Shown here one piece after another: positions 38,397 through 48,063 of a stretch of DNA of 64,000 nt; the first letter of the stretch is position 1, and each line of letters starts with the position of its first letter. The translations under genes and the position numbers were made by a program. The DNA is from Spirochaetia bacterium. GTDB lineage: Bacteria; Spirochaetota; Spirochaetia; SZUA-6; Bin103. The DNA lies in the NCBI GenBank assembly GCA_965203055.1, contig OZ241863.1, positions 3,328,001 to 3,392,000 on the forward strand. Direction: 5' to 3'. Below the pieces are notes generated by a model that saw only the letters and a list, made by a program, of their open reading frames with translations, was not told the origin of the DNA and did not search any database.

Positions 38397-39401
38397 CTAT
38401 TGGCGGGACGCGGCCTGTTCCGCGCCGTTGGCGGAGTCGCGTTTGAGGGCGCGGTAGGTCCGCTCGTCGATGCCGGTGGCGGACTGGATCACCCGCCACC
38501 CGATTCCCGCCCGCAGGAACCCTTCGATGGCCTCCGTCAGGCCCTCCTGGCGGCCTTCCTGGCGGCCTTCCTGACGGCCTTCCAGCCGGCCTTCCAGCCG
38601 GCCCTCCTGACGGCCTTGTTGCTTGATCTCCTCGACGTAATTCATGATGTCTCCCTCCGGTCCCGGTATCTGCCGCTGCAGTTCCTTGGCAAATCGCCCG
38701 CGCAACGGTTCCCTTTGGGTCGCCAGCACGTACCACACGAACATGCTCTGCTCCCGACCCCCGCGGCGCGCCAGTTCGGCCAGCAGCGGCAACGCCCGCG
38801 CCAACGCCGGCCATGCCACCGTAGCGCGGTAGGCCAGCATGATGAGCTGCGCCAGCCGCCCCTTCAACGTGCCCCGCACCGCCTCCGGCGCGGTCGCCGA
38901 ATGGTCGATCAGCAGGTGCTCGAAGCGCGGCAGCCACCGCCACCCGCGCACCTCACGGGGGAACAACTCCGAGAACTCGGCGGCGTGACGCCAGCGGCCC
39001 TTCCCCAGATAGAACACCATCGGCACGATCGGGCGCAACATGGTCTCCGCAGGAAAGCGGCGCCGGTCGCGTTCCCAGATCCGGCAGCAGTATTGCAGCA
39101 GCCGCAGGCGCATCCAGCGGTCAAGACGCCGCACCGTGGACTGATGTTCCAGCAGCACGTACAGCCAGGCCGGCGCGCCGCCGGCGCGGCGCCGGATGGA
39201 GTACAGCAGATCGGACTCGGTGGCGCGCAGGTCGGGGGCGATGAAGGCGCTGCTCCGGACGGAGAGGGTGGACCACTGCAGGCCGTTGGCGACTGCCGGC
39301 GGCAGATGGGCGCGCAGCAGGCCGACCGCCTCGGCGGGTTCGCCGAACACGGCGCGGAACAGATTGTCGTGCGGCTGCGCCGCCAAGTCCTGCTTCGCCA
39401 T
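38397..39401 (-). CDS. Rpn/YhgA-like PD-(D/E)XK nuclease, copy 2
   Basis: Same motifs as copy 1; six GRxE repeats; ATG at 39401. Confidence 0.88.
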   Translation of the reverse strand: MAKQDLAAQPHDNLFRAVFGEPAEAVGLLRAHLPPAVANGLQWSTLSVRSSAFIAPDLRATESDLLYSIRRRAGGAPAWLYVLLEHQSTVRRLDRWMRLRLLQYCCRIWERDRRRFPAETMLRPIVPMVFYLGKGRWRHAAEFSELFPREVRGWRWLPRFEHLLIDHSATAPEAVRGTLKGRLAQLIMLAYRATVAWPALARALPLLAELARRGGREQSMFVWYVLATQREPLRGRFAKELQRQIPGPEGDIMNYVEEIKQQGRQEGRLEGRLEGRQEGRQEGRQEGLTEAIEGFLRAGIGWRVIQSATGIDERTYRALKRDSANGAEQAASRQ

Positions 39402-39694
39402 TGGCTTCAGACCGGTTCCCGGCTGCCCGCAGGGCGCAGCCTGCGCCGTGCCGTGGGCGCAGTCTCGTTCAAGCCGCCGCGGCGGTGGCGGGAGTCCCAC
39501 CGGCGCGCGCGGAGAAGGGCGGCGGCCGCCGCGGGGCCGGCGAACTCAAGGTGGATCAGATAGTCGTGGGGTTGAGTCAACGGTATCATCATCTCTGACT
39601 GTTACAACGGCGCGGCGTCCGCGACGCTTTTCTGTTCGACGAACTCGTGAAGCCGGGAACGAAAGCCGTACCGCGGTCGTGCGTCAGGGCCGGA

Positions 39695-40135
39695 TCAATG
39701 TTCGCCGCCGGCGCCGCCGCCCACTTCCGCGTGCGGAGTCCAGCCGGTGAACGCCTGCCCGGCGGCGGCCAGCCGCACCGCGCGCGCGGCGCCGGGCGCA
39801 AGGTCGACCGGCTCCGTCGGGCCGAGCTCGACGCCGTTCGACAGGTGCACTTCGACCCGCACCCGCCGCAGCACGCGGTCGGTGACATTCCGCACCTCGC
39901 CGAGGAAGGCGTTGGCCGCGGCCTCGTAGCGCAGGATCAGCCGCGTACCGCGGCGTACCTCATCGTAGGTCTGGTCCGGGGTCAGCCTGGCGCCCGACTC
40001 CTCGCCGCCGGACTCGTGCTCCCCGGCGCCCGCTTCGCCCATGCCGGCGCAACTGCCAATCGCGGCCGCGGCCAGAAAGGCGATCAGCGCCGCCCCCAGC
40101 CAAATGTTCCTGACGGATGATGACCTGTTCGTCAT
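39695..40135 (-). CDS. Small exported hypothetical protein (possible lipoprotein)
   Basis: SD AGGAG; hydrophobic leader with IGSC; RVRVEVHLSNGVELGPT beta-rich domain. Confidence 0.6.
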   Translation of the reverse strand: MTNRSSSVRNIWLGAALIAFLAAAAIGSCAGMGEAGAGEHESGGEESGARLTPDQTYDEVRRGTRLILRYEAAANAFLGEVRNVTDRVLRRVRVEVHLSNGVELGPTEPVDLAPGAARAVRLAAAGQAFTGWTPHAEVGGGAGGEH

Positions 40136-40260
40136 GCTCCTGCTCCTCATCGGGTAAGCCCTGAAATATTATCGCACGAATGTCTCATCCTGAAGGCGGC
40201 GCGGCCCGGTCGCAGCGGCGGGCGCGGCTCTGCTATCATCGGACGCGGAGGGCTTGCGAC

Positions 40261-40599
40261 ATGATCAATCTTACCGACCTGCGGAGTGCCAAGACGGAGG
40301 AGGGCCCGGACGGGGTGTTCCGCACCACGCTCAGCTACGGCGCCGAGGCGATGCTGTGTCACTTCGACGCGCGCAAGGGCGCCACGATTCCGTTGCACAA
40401 TCATCCCGCGGTGCAGAGCGGCTTCTGCATCAAGGGCAAGGTGCGCTTCCAGCGCGGCCAGGGGGAGGAGCGGTTCATCGCCGAGGCCGGCACCAGCTAC
40501 TTCTTCGGCCCGAACGAGTACCACGCCGCCGAGATACTCGAAGACAGCGAGTTCGTCGAGGTGTTCTCACCGATGCGGCCGGAGTACGCCCCCTCGTAG
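40261..40599 (+). CDS. Cupin domain protein
   Basis: PLHNHPAVQSG, PNEYHAAE, EVFSPMRPEY. Confidence 0.85.
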   Translation: MINLTDLRSAKTEEGPDGVFRTTLSYGAEAMLCHFDARKGATIPLHNHPAVQSGFCIKGKVRFQRGQGEERFIAEAGTSYFFGPNEYHAAEILEDSEFVEVFSPMRPEYAPS

Positions 40600-40601
40600 G
40601 C

Positions 40602-41711
40602 GTGGCGGCGCGCGCCGAAGTGCCGTTCGCGGCGGTCGCGCGGCTGTGCGCGCGGCACGGGTTGACGCCGTGCGGGGTGGCGCCGGCGCAGCGCGACCCG
40701 GAGGCGGAGCGCGCCTATCGCGCGTGGCTGGCGGCGGGACGGCACGGGACGATGGCCTACCTGGAACGGCATGCGCCATTCAAGGTAGACCCGCAGGCGC
40801 TGCTGCCCGGCTGCCGGACGGTGCTGGCGGCGGCCCTCGGCTACTATCAGACCCCGGGCCGACGCTGGAGCGGTACTGATCCGGAGCCGGCGCGCGGCGC
40901 GGGAGGCGGCGCGGCGCCGCGCGAGGCTGCGGGCCGCATCGCGCAGTACGCCTGGGGGCGCGACTATCACAAGCTGCTGCGCGCGCGGCTGCGCGCGGTA
41001 GCGCGCGCCCTGGCGGAACAGTTTCCGCAGCACCGCTTCCGCGCCGGCGCGGACGCCACCCCCCTGTTGGAAACCCACTACGCGGCGGCGGCCGGGGTGG
41101 GCTTTCGCGGCAAGCACACGCTGGCGATCAATGGCGCCTGGGGAAGCTGGTTCTTCATCGGCGAGCTGCTGACCACGCTGGCGATCGAGCAGCCGCCCCG
41201 GCCCGCGCCCAAACGCTGCGGGCGCGGCTGCACCTATTGCATCGACGTGTGCCCGACGCGGGCGATCGTCGCCCCCTACCAGCTCGACGCGCGGCGCTGC
41301 ATCTCCTACCTCACCATCGAACACCGCGGTCCCGTACCGGAAGCGCTGCGGCCGGCGATCGGCGACTGGCTGTTCGGCTGCGACCTGTGCCAGGAAGTGT
41401 GCCCCTGGACGGTCCGCGCCCAGGCTACCGCGGAACCGGATCTGCTCACGTGGCGCGCGGGCAGCTCGCAGGCGCTGGCGCCGCTGCTGGCGCTGCGCAC
41501 CCACGCCGACCTGACCGCCCGCTTCGCCGGCTCGCCGCTGATGCGCGCCGGCCGCGACCGGCTGGTGCGCAACGCCTGCACCGTGGCCGGCAACCGCCGC
41601 GCGCGCGAGCTGGCGCCGCAGCTCCGCCGGCTGGCGGGCGACCCGGACCGCGGCGTGGCCGAGCACGCGCGCTGGGCGCTGGCGCGGATCGGCGCCGCAC
41701 CGCCGCCGTGA
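40602..41711 (+). CDS. queG: tRNA epoxyqueuosine(34) reductase QueG
   Basis: GRHGTMAYL, YAWGRDYH, GSWFFIGE, CGRGCTYCIDVCPT, DARRCISY, GCDLCQEVCPW. Confidence 0.93.
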   Translation: MAARAEVPFAAVARLCARHGLTPCGVAPAQRDPEAERAYRAWLAAGRHGTMAYLERHAPFKVDPQALLPGCRTVLAAALGYYQTPGRRWSGTDPEPARGAGGGAAPREAAGRIAQYAWGRDYHKLLRARLRAVARALAEQFPQHRFRAGADATPLLETHYAAAAGVGFRGKHTLAINGAWGSWFFIGELLTTLAIEQPPRPAPKRCGRGCTYCIDVCPTRAIVAPYQLDARRCISYLTIEHRGPVPEALRPAIGDWLFGCDLCQEVCPWTVRAQATAEPDLLTWRAGSSQALAPLLALRTHADLTARFAGSPLMRAGRDRLVRNACTVAGNRRARELAPQLRRLAGDPDRGVAEHARWALARIGAAPPP

Positions 41712-43168
41712 CCGCGCCCGCCGGCCCGGCCGCCGCCCCCGGCGGGGATCCCGCCGGCGACACCATCGCCGCCATCGCCACGCCGCCCGGCACCGGCGCG
41801 CTGGCGATCGTGCGCCTCAGCGGCGGCGCCGCGCTGGCGGTGGCGGACCGCGCCTTCCGCGGGCGCCGCCCGTTGCGCGCGGCGGCGACGCACACCGCGC
41901 ACTACGGCCGCATCCTGCAGCCTGCGGAGCCGCGCGGCGGCGGCGGCATGCAGCGTGACGAAGTGGTGGACGACGTAGTCGCCACGGTGTTCCGGGGGCC
42001 GGCCAGCTACACCGGCGAGGATACGGTCGAGATCACCTGCCACGGCTCCAACCTGGTGGCCGCAACCGTGGTAGCCGCCCTGCTGCGCCACGGCGCGCGG
42101 GCGGCCGAACCGGGCGAGTTCACGCGCCGCGCGTTCCTGAACGGCAAGCTGGACCTGACCCAGGCCGAGGCGGTGTCCGAGGTGATCCAGTCCGCCACCG
42201 CAGCCTCGCTGCGCGGCGCCCGCAACCGGCTCAACGGAGCGCTCGGCGCGCAGGTGGCGGAGTTGCGCGAACGGTTGCTGGACTGCGCGGCGCTGGTGGA
42301 GCTGGAGCTGGACTTCGCGGAAGAAGACGTGGAGCTGGCGCCGGGCGCGGAGATCGCCGCGCGCGTGGCCGAGGCGCGCGCCGCGGTCGCCGCCATGCTG
42401 GCGACGTTCCGCACCGGGCGCATGCTGCGCGACGGCGCGCACGTGGTCCTGGCCGGGCCGCCCAACGTCGGCAAGTCGTCGCTGCTGAACCGGCTGGCGC
42501 AGGAGTCGCGGGCGCTGGTCACTGACGTTCCCGGCACTACCCGCGACGTGATCCGCGAAGACCTCGACCTGCACGGCGTGCCGGTGCGGTTGCACGACAC
42601 CGCCGGGCTGCGCGCCACCGACGAGACCGTGGAGCGGCTGGGCGTGGAGCGCAGCATCGCCACCGCCGCGGCCGCCGATCTGGTGCTGTTCGTGGCCGCC
42701 GCGGACGAGCCGTTTCCGCATGCCGCCCTGGAACAGGTGCGGGCGGCGGCCGCCGGCGGCCCGGAGGTGGTAGTGATCGCCAACAAGTGCGACCTGGCGC
42801 CGGCCGCGAACGGCGCGGCGGCGCCGCGCCCGGCCCCGGAGGCGGCGGCCCTGGCCGTGTCGGCGCGGACCGGGGCCGGAATGGAAGCTCTCAGCCGCCT
42901 GCTGGTCGCGCGCACCGTGGGAGACCAGGCCGGCTCCGGCTACACCGAGCGCAGCGCCCTGGTAGCCAGCGCCCGCCAGCGCGACGACCTGCAACGCGCC
43001 GGCGCGGCGCTGCTCCGCGCCCAGGAAGCGGCCGCGGCCGGCGCCGGGGGCGAACTGGTGGCCGCCGACCTGCGCGCCGCCGTCACCCACCTGGAGGAGA
43101 TCGTCGGCATCGTGGCAGGCGACGACGTGCTCAACCGCATCTTCGCCCACTTCTGCATCGGCAAGTAG
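41708..43168 (+). CDS. mnmE: tRNA modification GTPase MnmE
   Basis: DTIAAIATP, SYTGED, GEFTRRAFLNGK, GPPNVGKSS, DTAGLR, NKCD, FCIGK. Confidence 0.96.
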   Translation: MTAPAGPAAAPGGDPAGDTIAAIATPPGTGALAIVRLSGGAALAVADRAFRGRRPLRAAATHTAHYGRILQPAEPRGGGGMQRDEVVDDVVATVFRGPASYTGEDTVEITCHGSNLVAATVVAALLRHGARAAEPGEFTRRAFLNGKLDLTQAEAVSEVIQSATAASLRGARNRLNGALGAQVAELRERLLDCAALVELELDFAEEDVELAPGAEIAARVAEARAAVAAMLATFRTGRMLRDGAHVVLAGPPNVGKSSLLNRLAQESRALVTDVPGTTRDVIREDLDLHGVPVRLHDTAGLRATDETVERLGVERSIATAAAADLVLFVAAADEPFPHAALEQVRAAAAGGPEVVVIANKCDLAPAANGAAAPRPAPEAAALAVSARTGAGMEALSRLLVARTVGDQAGSGYTERSALVASARQRDDLQRAGAALLRAQEAAAAGAGGELVAADLRAAVTHLEEIVGIVAGDDVLNRIFAHFCIGK

Positions 43169-43194
43169 CACGGCTCAAGCGCGCGGCGTCGCCG

Positions 43195-43518
43195 TCATTC
43201 GACGAGCATCTCGGAAAGTACCGACTTGACGCTGGCGACGGTCCCTGAGCCGATCTTGCCCAATCTCCTTACGAACCTCCTTCGGTCTACGGTCCGGATC
43301 TGGTCCAGCACGATCCATCCCCGTCTACTCTGAAACGTGAGCTGAACCCGGGTTGGATAGTCGCGCGACCTGGTGGTCATGGGGGCGATGATCACGGTTC
43401 CGATGTACTCGTTCATGTCGTCCGGCGAGACCACCAGACACGGCCGCAGCTTCTTCATCTCATGGCCAACGGTTGGATCGAAGTTGACCAGAACGACGTC
43501 GTACTGACCGACTACCAT
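43195..43518 (-). CDS. mazF: PemK/MazF-family toxin
   Basis: VNFDPTVGHEMKKLRPCLVVS, IIAPMT, DQIRTVDRRR. Confidence 0.92.
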   Translation of the reverse strand: MVVGQYDVVLVNFDPTVGHEMKKLRPCLVVSPDDMNEYIGTVIIAPMTTRSRDYPTRVQLTFQSRRGWIVLDQIRTVDRRRFVRRLGKIGSGTVASVKSVLSEMLVE

Positions 43519-43760
43519 TCGAAATCATGCAGGTCGAGATCCAGGGCATCATCGCTCAGCGGCCGGTCATCGCCGGCGGCTGCCATCCGCTTGAACGCGT
43601 CCTTCCACCCCGCCCGAGGCGTCCCCTTACGGGGCCGGAGCACGATCTTGTCGTCTTCCACCTCCAGCTCGAGCTCCTTATCGATAGCGCACTGCTCCAA
43701 TATCGCCTTGGGAATGCGAATTCCCCTGGAGTTCCCGATCTTGACTACGGTCAGCAGCAC
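43512..43760 (-). CDS. mazE: AbrB/MazE-family antitoxin
   Basis: KIGNSRGIRIPKAIL, PRAGWKDAF; SD AGGAGG. Confidence 0.9.
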   Translation of the reverse strand: MLLTVVKIGNSRGIRIPKAILEQCAIDKELELEVEDDKIVLRPRKGTPRAGWKDAFKRMAAAGDDRPLSDDALDLDLHDFEW

Positions 43761-43797
43761 CGTCCGCCGCCTCCTTCGACATTCAACGTGACTATAT

Positions 43798-43807
43798 TGT
43801 AATTACA
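43798..43807. promoter_or_regulatory. Candidate MazEF autorepression operator
   Basis: Palindrome TGTAATTACA in an AT-rich patch upstream of mazE. Confidence 0.4.
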
Positions 43808-43967
43808 TTACATCCGTACCGCAAGCGAAGCGGCCCGCCGGGCGCGTGCGACTTGCGCGCCGCGTTGCTGCTGACATCCGCTTCACCACGACCGATCAGG
43901 CGGCGTGACGCCGGTGTCGCCGCAAGTCGGCTTGCTTGGTAACATCGCGGGCAGGCAAGCGGAATCG

Positions 43968-45905
43968 ATGTTCGATCTGATCGTAATTGGCGGCGGACAC
44001 GCCGGCATCGAGGCGGCGGTGGCGGCCGCGCGCATGGGCTGCAGCGCAGGACTGGTCACCAGCAGCGCCGAGGCCATCGGCCGCATGTCGTGCAACCCGG
44101 CCATCGGCGGCACGGCCAAGGGCCACCTGGTGCATGAGATCGACGCCCTCGGCGGGGTGATGGGGGAGCTGGCGGATGCCACCGGCATCCAGTTCCGGCT
44201 GCTGAACCGCTCCAAGGGGCCGGCGATCTGGTCCTCCCGGTGCCAGTCGGACCGCGCCGCGTACGCCGCCGCGGCGCAGGCGCTGGTGGCGGCGGAGCCC
44301 GCCGTTACGGTCGTCGAGGAGACCGTAGTTGACGTGGTGGCCCGCAATGGGCGGGTGGCCGCGGTGGTGACCGGCGCCGGGGAGGAGATCGGCTGCCGGG
44401 CGCTGGTGGTGGCCTCCGGCACCTTTCTCGACGGGGTGCTGTATACCGGCCTGCAGGGCCGCGCCGGCGGGCGCTACGGCGAGCAGCCGGCCACCGGCCT
44501 GTCGCAGGCGTTCCGGCGCCTGGGTCTGGAGACCGGGCGCCTCAAGACCGGCACCCCGCCCCGGCTGCGGCGCGCCGGCATCGACTTCGGCGCGCTCGAC
44601 GAGCAGCCGGGCGACGCCCATCCGGCGCCGTTCTCGCGCCGCACCGACCCGGCCCGGTTTCCGCGCCTGCCGCAGGTGAGCTGCCACGTGGCCTTTACCA
44701 ACCCCGCCACCCATGCGGCGCTGGCCGCCGGCTTCGACCGCTCGCCGATGTTTACCGGCCGCATCCGCGGCGCCGGGCCGCGCTACTGCCCCTCCATCGA
44801 AGACAAGGTGGTGCGCTTCGCCGACCGCAGCCGCCATCAACTGTTCCTGGAGCCGGAGGGGCTGGACAGCGACCTGATCTATCTCAACGGCTTCTCCAGT
44901 TCGCTGCCGGCGGAGGTGCAGGAGGCGGCCCTGCGCACCGTGCGCGGCCTGGAGCAGGCGGAGGCGGCGCGCTACGGCTACGCCGTGGAGTACGACTTCT
45001 TTCCCGCCTGCCAAGTGGACGCCACGCTGCAGAGCAAGCGGTTGCGCGGGCTCTACTTCGCCGGCCAGGTGAACGGCACCTCCGGCTACGAGGAGGCCGC
45101 GGCGCAGGGCCTGATGGCCGGCATCAACGCCGCGCTGGCGCTGCGGCGCAGGGCGGACGGCAGCCGCGAGGAGCTGGTCTTGCGGCGCGACGAAGCCTAC
45201 ATCGGGGTGCTGATCGACGACCTGGTGACCAAGCCGTCGCGCGAGCCGTACCGCATGTTCACCTCGCGCGCCGAGCATCGCCTGGTGTTGCGCCAGGACA
45301 ACGCCGACCGCCGCCTGACCGCCTATGGACACGAACTCGGCCTGATCGGCGACCAGGCGATGGCGCGCCTGCGGCGGCGCGCGGAGCTGCTGGAAGCCGC
45401 GGTGGCCGAGCTGCGCCGCACGACGCTGGCGCCGGCCCGGATCAACGGCTGGCTGCGCGCGCGCGGCGCCGGCGAGTTGCGACGCCCGGAGAGCGCCGCC
45501 GCCCTGTGCCGGCGCCCCGAGGTGCGGCTGGCCGCCCTGCTGGGCGAAGCGCTGCCGCGGGTAGCCGCCGCAACCGCCGCCGAGACAGGCGCCGCCCCCC
45601 CGCTCGCCGCGCTGCTCGCCGATCCCGAGCTGCTGTCCGCGGCCGAAGTCGAACTGAAGTACGAAGGTTACGTCGCCCGCGAACGCCACAACATCGAACG
45701 GCTGCAGCGGTTCGAGGCGCTGCGCATTCCCCCTTCCCTCGACTACGCCGCGCTCGGCGCCCTTTCCCACGAGGGCCGCGAAAAGCTCCAACTGGTACGG
45801 CCGCGCACGCTCGGCCAAGCGAGTCGCATCAGCGGCGTCAGCCCGGCGGACGTCAGCATCCTGCTGGTGCGGTTGCGCGCCGGCAGCCGCGCCGGCAGCG
45901 CGTGA
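43968..45905 (+). CDS. mnmG: tRNA uridine-5-carboxymethylaminomethyl modification enzyme MnmG (GidA)
   Basis: GGGHAGIEAA, MSCNPAIGG, RLKTGTPPR, GPRYCPSIEDK, GQVNGTSGYEEAAAQG. Confidence 0.97.
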   Translation: MFDLIVIGGGHAGIEAAVAAARMGCSAGLVTSSAEAIGRMSCNPAIGGTAKGHLVHEIDALGGVMGELADATGIQFRLLNRSKGPAIWSSRCQSDRAAYAAAAQALVAAEPAVTVVEETVVDVVARNGRVAAVVTGAGEEIGCRALVVASGTFLDGVLYTGLQGRAGGRYGEQPATGLSQAFRRLGLETGRLKTGTPPRLRRAGIDFGALDEQPGDAHPAPFSRRTDPARFPRLPQVSCHVAFTNPATHAALAAGFDRSPMFTGRIRGAGPRYCPSIEDKVVRFADRSRHQLFLEPEGLDSDLIYLNGFSSSLPAEVQEAALRTVRGLEQAEAARYGYAVEYDFFPACQVDATLQSKRLRGLYFAGQVNGTSGYEEAAAQGLMAGINAALALRRRADGSREELVLRRDEAYIGVLIDDLVTKPSREPYRMFTSRAEHRLVLRQDNADRRLTAYGHELGLIGDQAMARLRRRAELLEAAVAELRRTTLAPARINGWLRARGAGELRRPESAAALCRRPEVRLAALLGEALPRVAAATAAETGAAPPLAALLADPELLSAAEVELKYEGYVARERHNIERLQRFEALRIPPSLDYAALGALSHEGREKLQLVRPRTLGQASRISGVSPADVSILLVRLRAGSRAGSA

Positions 45906-46552
45906 CTGAACACCGCGTGCGGGCGCTGCGCCGGCTCAGTCCCTCCGCCTACGTGCTCCGCCTGGAGCGCGGCGAGCTGGCATTCGAGCCGGGCCAGTAC
46001 GTGACCCTGGGACTCCCCGGCAGCACCGCCCGGCGCGAGTACTCCATCTACTCCGGCAGCGGCGATCCGTTCCTGGAAGTGCTGATCAAGCAGGTGGAGG
46101 GCGGTTCGGTTTCGCGCCAGTTCGCGCGCTTGACGCCAGGCGCTGCCCTGGAGCTGGACGGTCCGTTCGGCTACTTCCTCCTTGCGGAGGCGGCGCGCGC
46201 GCGCCCGCTACTGTTGGTGGCCTCCGGCACCGGCATTGCCCCGTTCCATTGCTTCGTCCGCAGCTACCCCGACCTGGACTACCGCCTCCTGCATGGCGTG
46301 CGCACCGCGGCCGAGACCTACGACCGCGGCGTCTATCCCGCCGGCCGCTACCGGGCGTGCCTCAGCCGCGAGCCGGCCGCGGCGCCCGGCGGGTTCGCCG
46401 GCCGCGTCACCGCCTACCTGCGCGCGCACCCGGCCGCCTCCGGTACCCTGTGCTACCTGTGCGGCAACAGCGAAATGATCTTCGAGGCATTCGACATCCT
46501 CAAGAGCGCCGGCATCCCCGCCGCCGACCTCTTCGCCGAGGTCTATTTCTAA
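45902..46552 (+). CDS. Ferredoxin-NADP+ reductase-like FAD/NAD(P)-binding oxidoreductase
   Basis: FEPGQYV, RREYSI, GPFGYF, SGTGIAPF, YLCGN, EVYF. Confidence 0.85.
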   Translation: MTEHRVRALRRLSPSAYVLRLERGELAFEPGQYVTLGLPGSTARREYSIYSGSGDPFLEVLIKQVEGGSVSRQFARLTPGAALELDGPFGYFLLAEAARARPLLLVASGTGIAPFHCFVRSYPDLDYRLLHGVRTAAETYDRGVYPAGRYRACLSREPAAAPGGFAGRVTAYLRAHPAASGTLCYLCGNSEMIFEAFDILKSAGIPAADLFAEVYF

Positions 46553-46583
46553 CCCGCACGGCGTATGGTATGACGAGATTGAA

Positions 46584-48056
46584 ATGACGCCTGACGAGAA
46601 CCATCCACAGGTACCGCTTGCGTTCCGATTCAAGAATCTTGGCCCCATCAGGACGGCGGACCTGGAACTTGGCGATCTCACGATCATTGCCGGGCGCAAC
46701 AACACCGGCAAGACCTACCTCACGTATACCTTGTACGGCTTCCTGAAGATGTGGAAGCAGTGGCCTGATGCCGACCGTTTCCTACTCGGGAAAGACAAGA
46801 ACGACCAATCTGAGAAATTTCCCGAGCTCCATGCGGTCGCTGAGCAACTCGTCCGCGAGGGGCAAGCCGACTTCCCGTTGAGCCCGGACGCGGTAGTGCA
46901 ACAGCGCGCCACAGTCATCCAACGTCTGAGCGACGATTTTTCGCACCAGGCGATGTCGGGTGTCTTCAGCATGGCCAATGAGTTCGATGACGCCTCTATC
47001 GAGATGATCGGCAACGGCTTGGAGGTACCCGCCGCAACGCAGATCCGGAGCGAAGCAACCGGCCTCTCGCTAGAGTACGACGGCAGTCGCGCCACCATCA
47101 CGGCCCATCACTCTCGGTCAAAGCCGGCGATTGATCGACTTGAGTACTACCTGGCCCACGATTACGTGGATTTCTTGCTCAACGGCGTGCTCCCTGATCC
47201 ATTCATCCTCTCGGCTGAACGCTTCGGGATATCCTTGTTCTACCGCGAACTCGACTTCACCAAGAATCAGCTCGTCGATCTTTTGCAGAGGATGGCCGAT
47301 GGCAAGAACCGTGAACGCACCTCGCCGTTCCTGTTCATAGATCGGGCTACCAGCCGCTACGCGCTGCCGATCAAGGACAACATCGACTATACCAGAAGCA
47401 TTCCCGACATAAGGAGAGACAAGAGCGACCTCCACAGGCTCAAGTTCTTCGACTACCTCAAGGACATGATGGAAGGATACTACAGCTCGTCGGGCGACGA
47501 GATACGGTTCATCTCCAAGTCGCGCGGGAAGGGACGCAGCTTCAACATCCCGCTGCACGTCGCCTCGTCGTCGGCGCGCGGACTGTCGGACCTCTATTTC
47601 TACCTCCGACACGTTGCCCGCAAGACGCACCTGGTCATGATCGACGAGCCGGAGAGCCATCTCGACACCGCCAACCAGATCCGGTTGGCGCGGCTACTGG
47701 CTCGATTCGTGAACGCTGGCGTGAGGGTGTTGATTACCACCCACAGCGACTATCTGATCAAGGAGTTCAACAACCTCGTCATGCTGAGCCAGCAATTCGC
47801 AGACAAGGAGCAGGTCGTCAGGAAACTCAAGTACGACTCCACTGATTTCCTGGAGCCGACCGCGGTTCGCGCGTACGTAGCGGAGAACAACAGTCTCACG
47901 AAGTGCAATGTTGATCGGTTCGGCGTCGACATGCCGATGTTCGACAAGACCATCGACGAAATCAACGACGCCGCAAACGAGTTGGTGTCACGGCTGGAAG
48001 AAGGGCATGTGGCGTGCGTGACGGGGCTTGCAGGGCCGGCGCAGGAGGGGGTATGA
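46584..48056 (+). CDS. AAA/ABC-type ATPase (AAA_15/AAA_21, OLD/AbiEii-like), orphan
   Basis: KNLGPI, Walker A GRNNTGKT, signature ASSS, IDEPESHL, TTHSDY; lower GC than flanks. Confidence 0.85.
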   Translation: MTPDENHPQVPLAFRFKNLGPIRTADLELGDLTIIAGRNNTGKTYLTYTLYGFLKMWKQWPDADRFLLGKDKNDQSEKFPELHAVAEQLVREGQADFPLSPDAVVQQRATVIQRLSDDFSHQAMSGVFSMANEFDDASIEMIGNGLEVPAATQIRSEATGLSLEYDGSRATITAHHSRSKPAIDRLEYYLAHDYVDFLLNGVLPDPFILSAERFGISLFYRELDFTKNQLVDLLQRMADGKNRERTSPFLFIDRATSRYALPIKDNIDYTRSIPDIRRDKSDLHRLKFFDYLKDMMEGYYSSSGDEIRFISKSRGKGRSFNIPLHVASSSARGLSDLYFYLRHVARKTHLVMIDEPESHLDTANQIRLARLLARFVNAGVRVLITTHSDYLIKEFNNLVMLSQQFADKEQVVRKLKYDSTDFLEPTAVRAYVAENNSLTKCNVDRFGVDMPMFDKTIDEINDAANELVSRLEEGHVACVTGLAGPAQEGV

Positions 48057-48063
48057 CCTGCTC

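Larger units (their letters stand above)
37992..39778. repeat. Second, deletion-reduced copy of a tandem duplication of about 35297-37991
   Basis: Near-identical Rpn gene, intergenic region and 3' end of the 39695-40135 gene in both copies. Confidence 0.85.

Noticed and set aside
36671..39401. Rpn genes as IS transposases
   Set aside because: No terminal repeats or target duplications seen; the copies arise from tandem duplication
46584..48056. AAA ATPase as the Mad3 component of the downstream system
   Set aside because: 9 kb away across unrelated genes, with no partner nuclease or methyltransferase; no evidence of linkage
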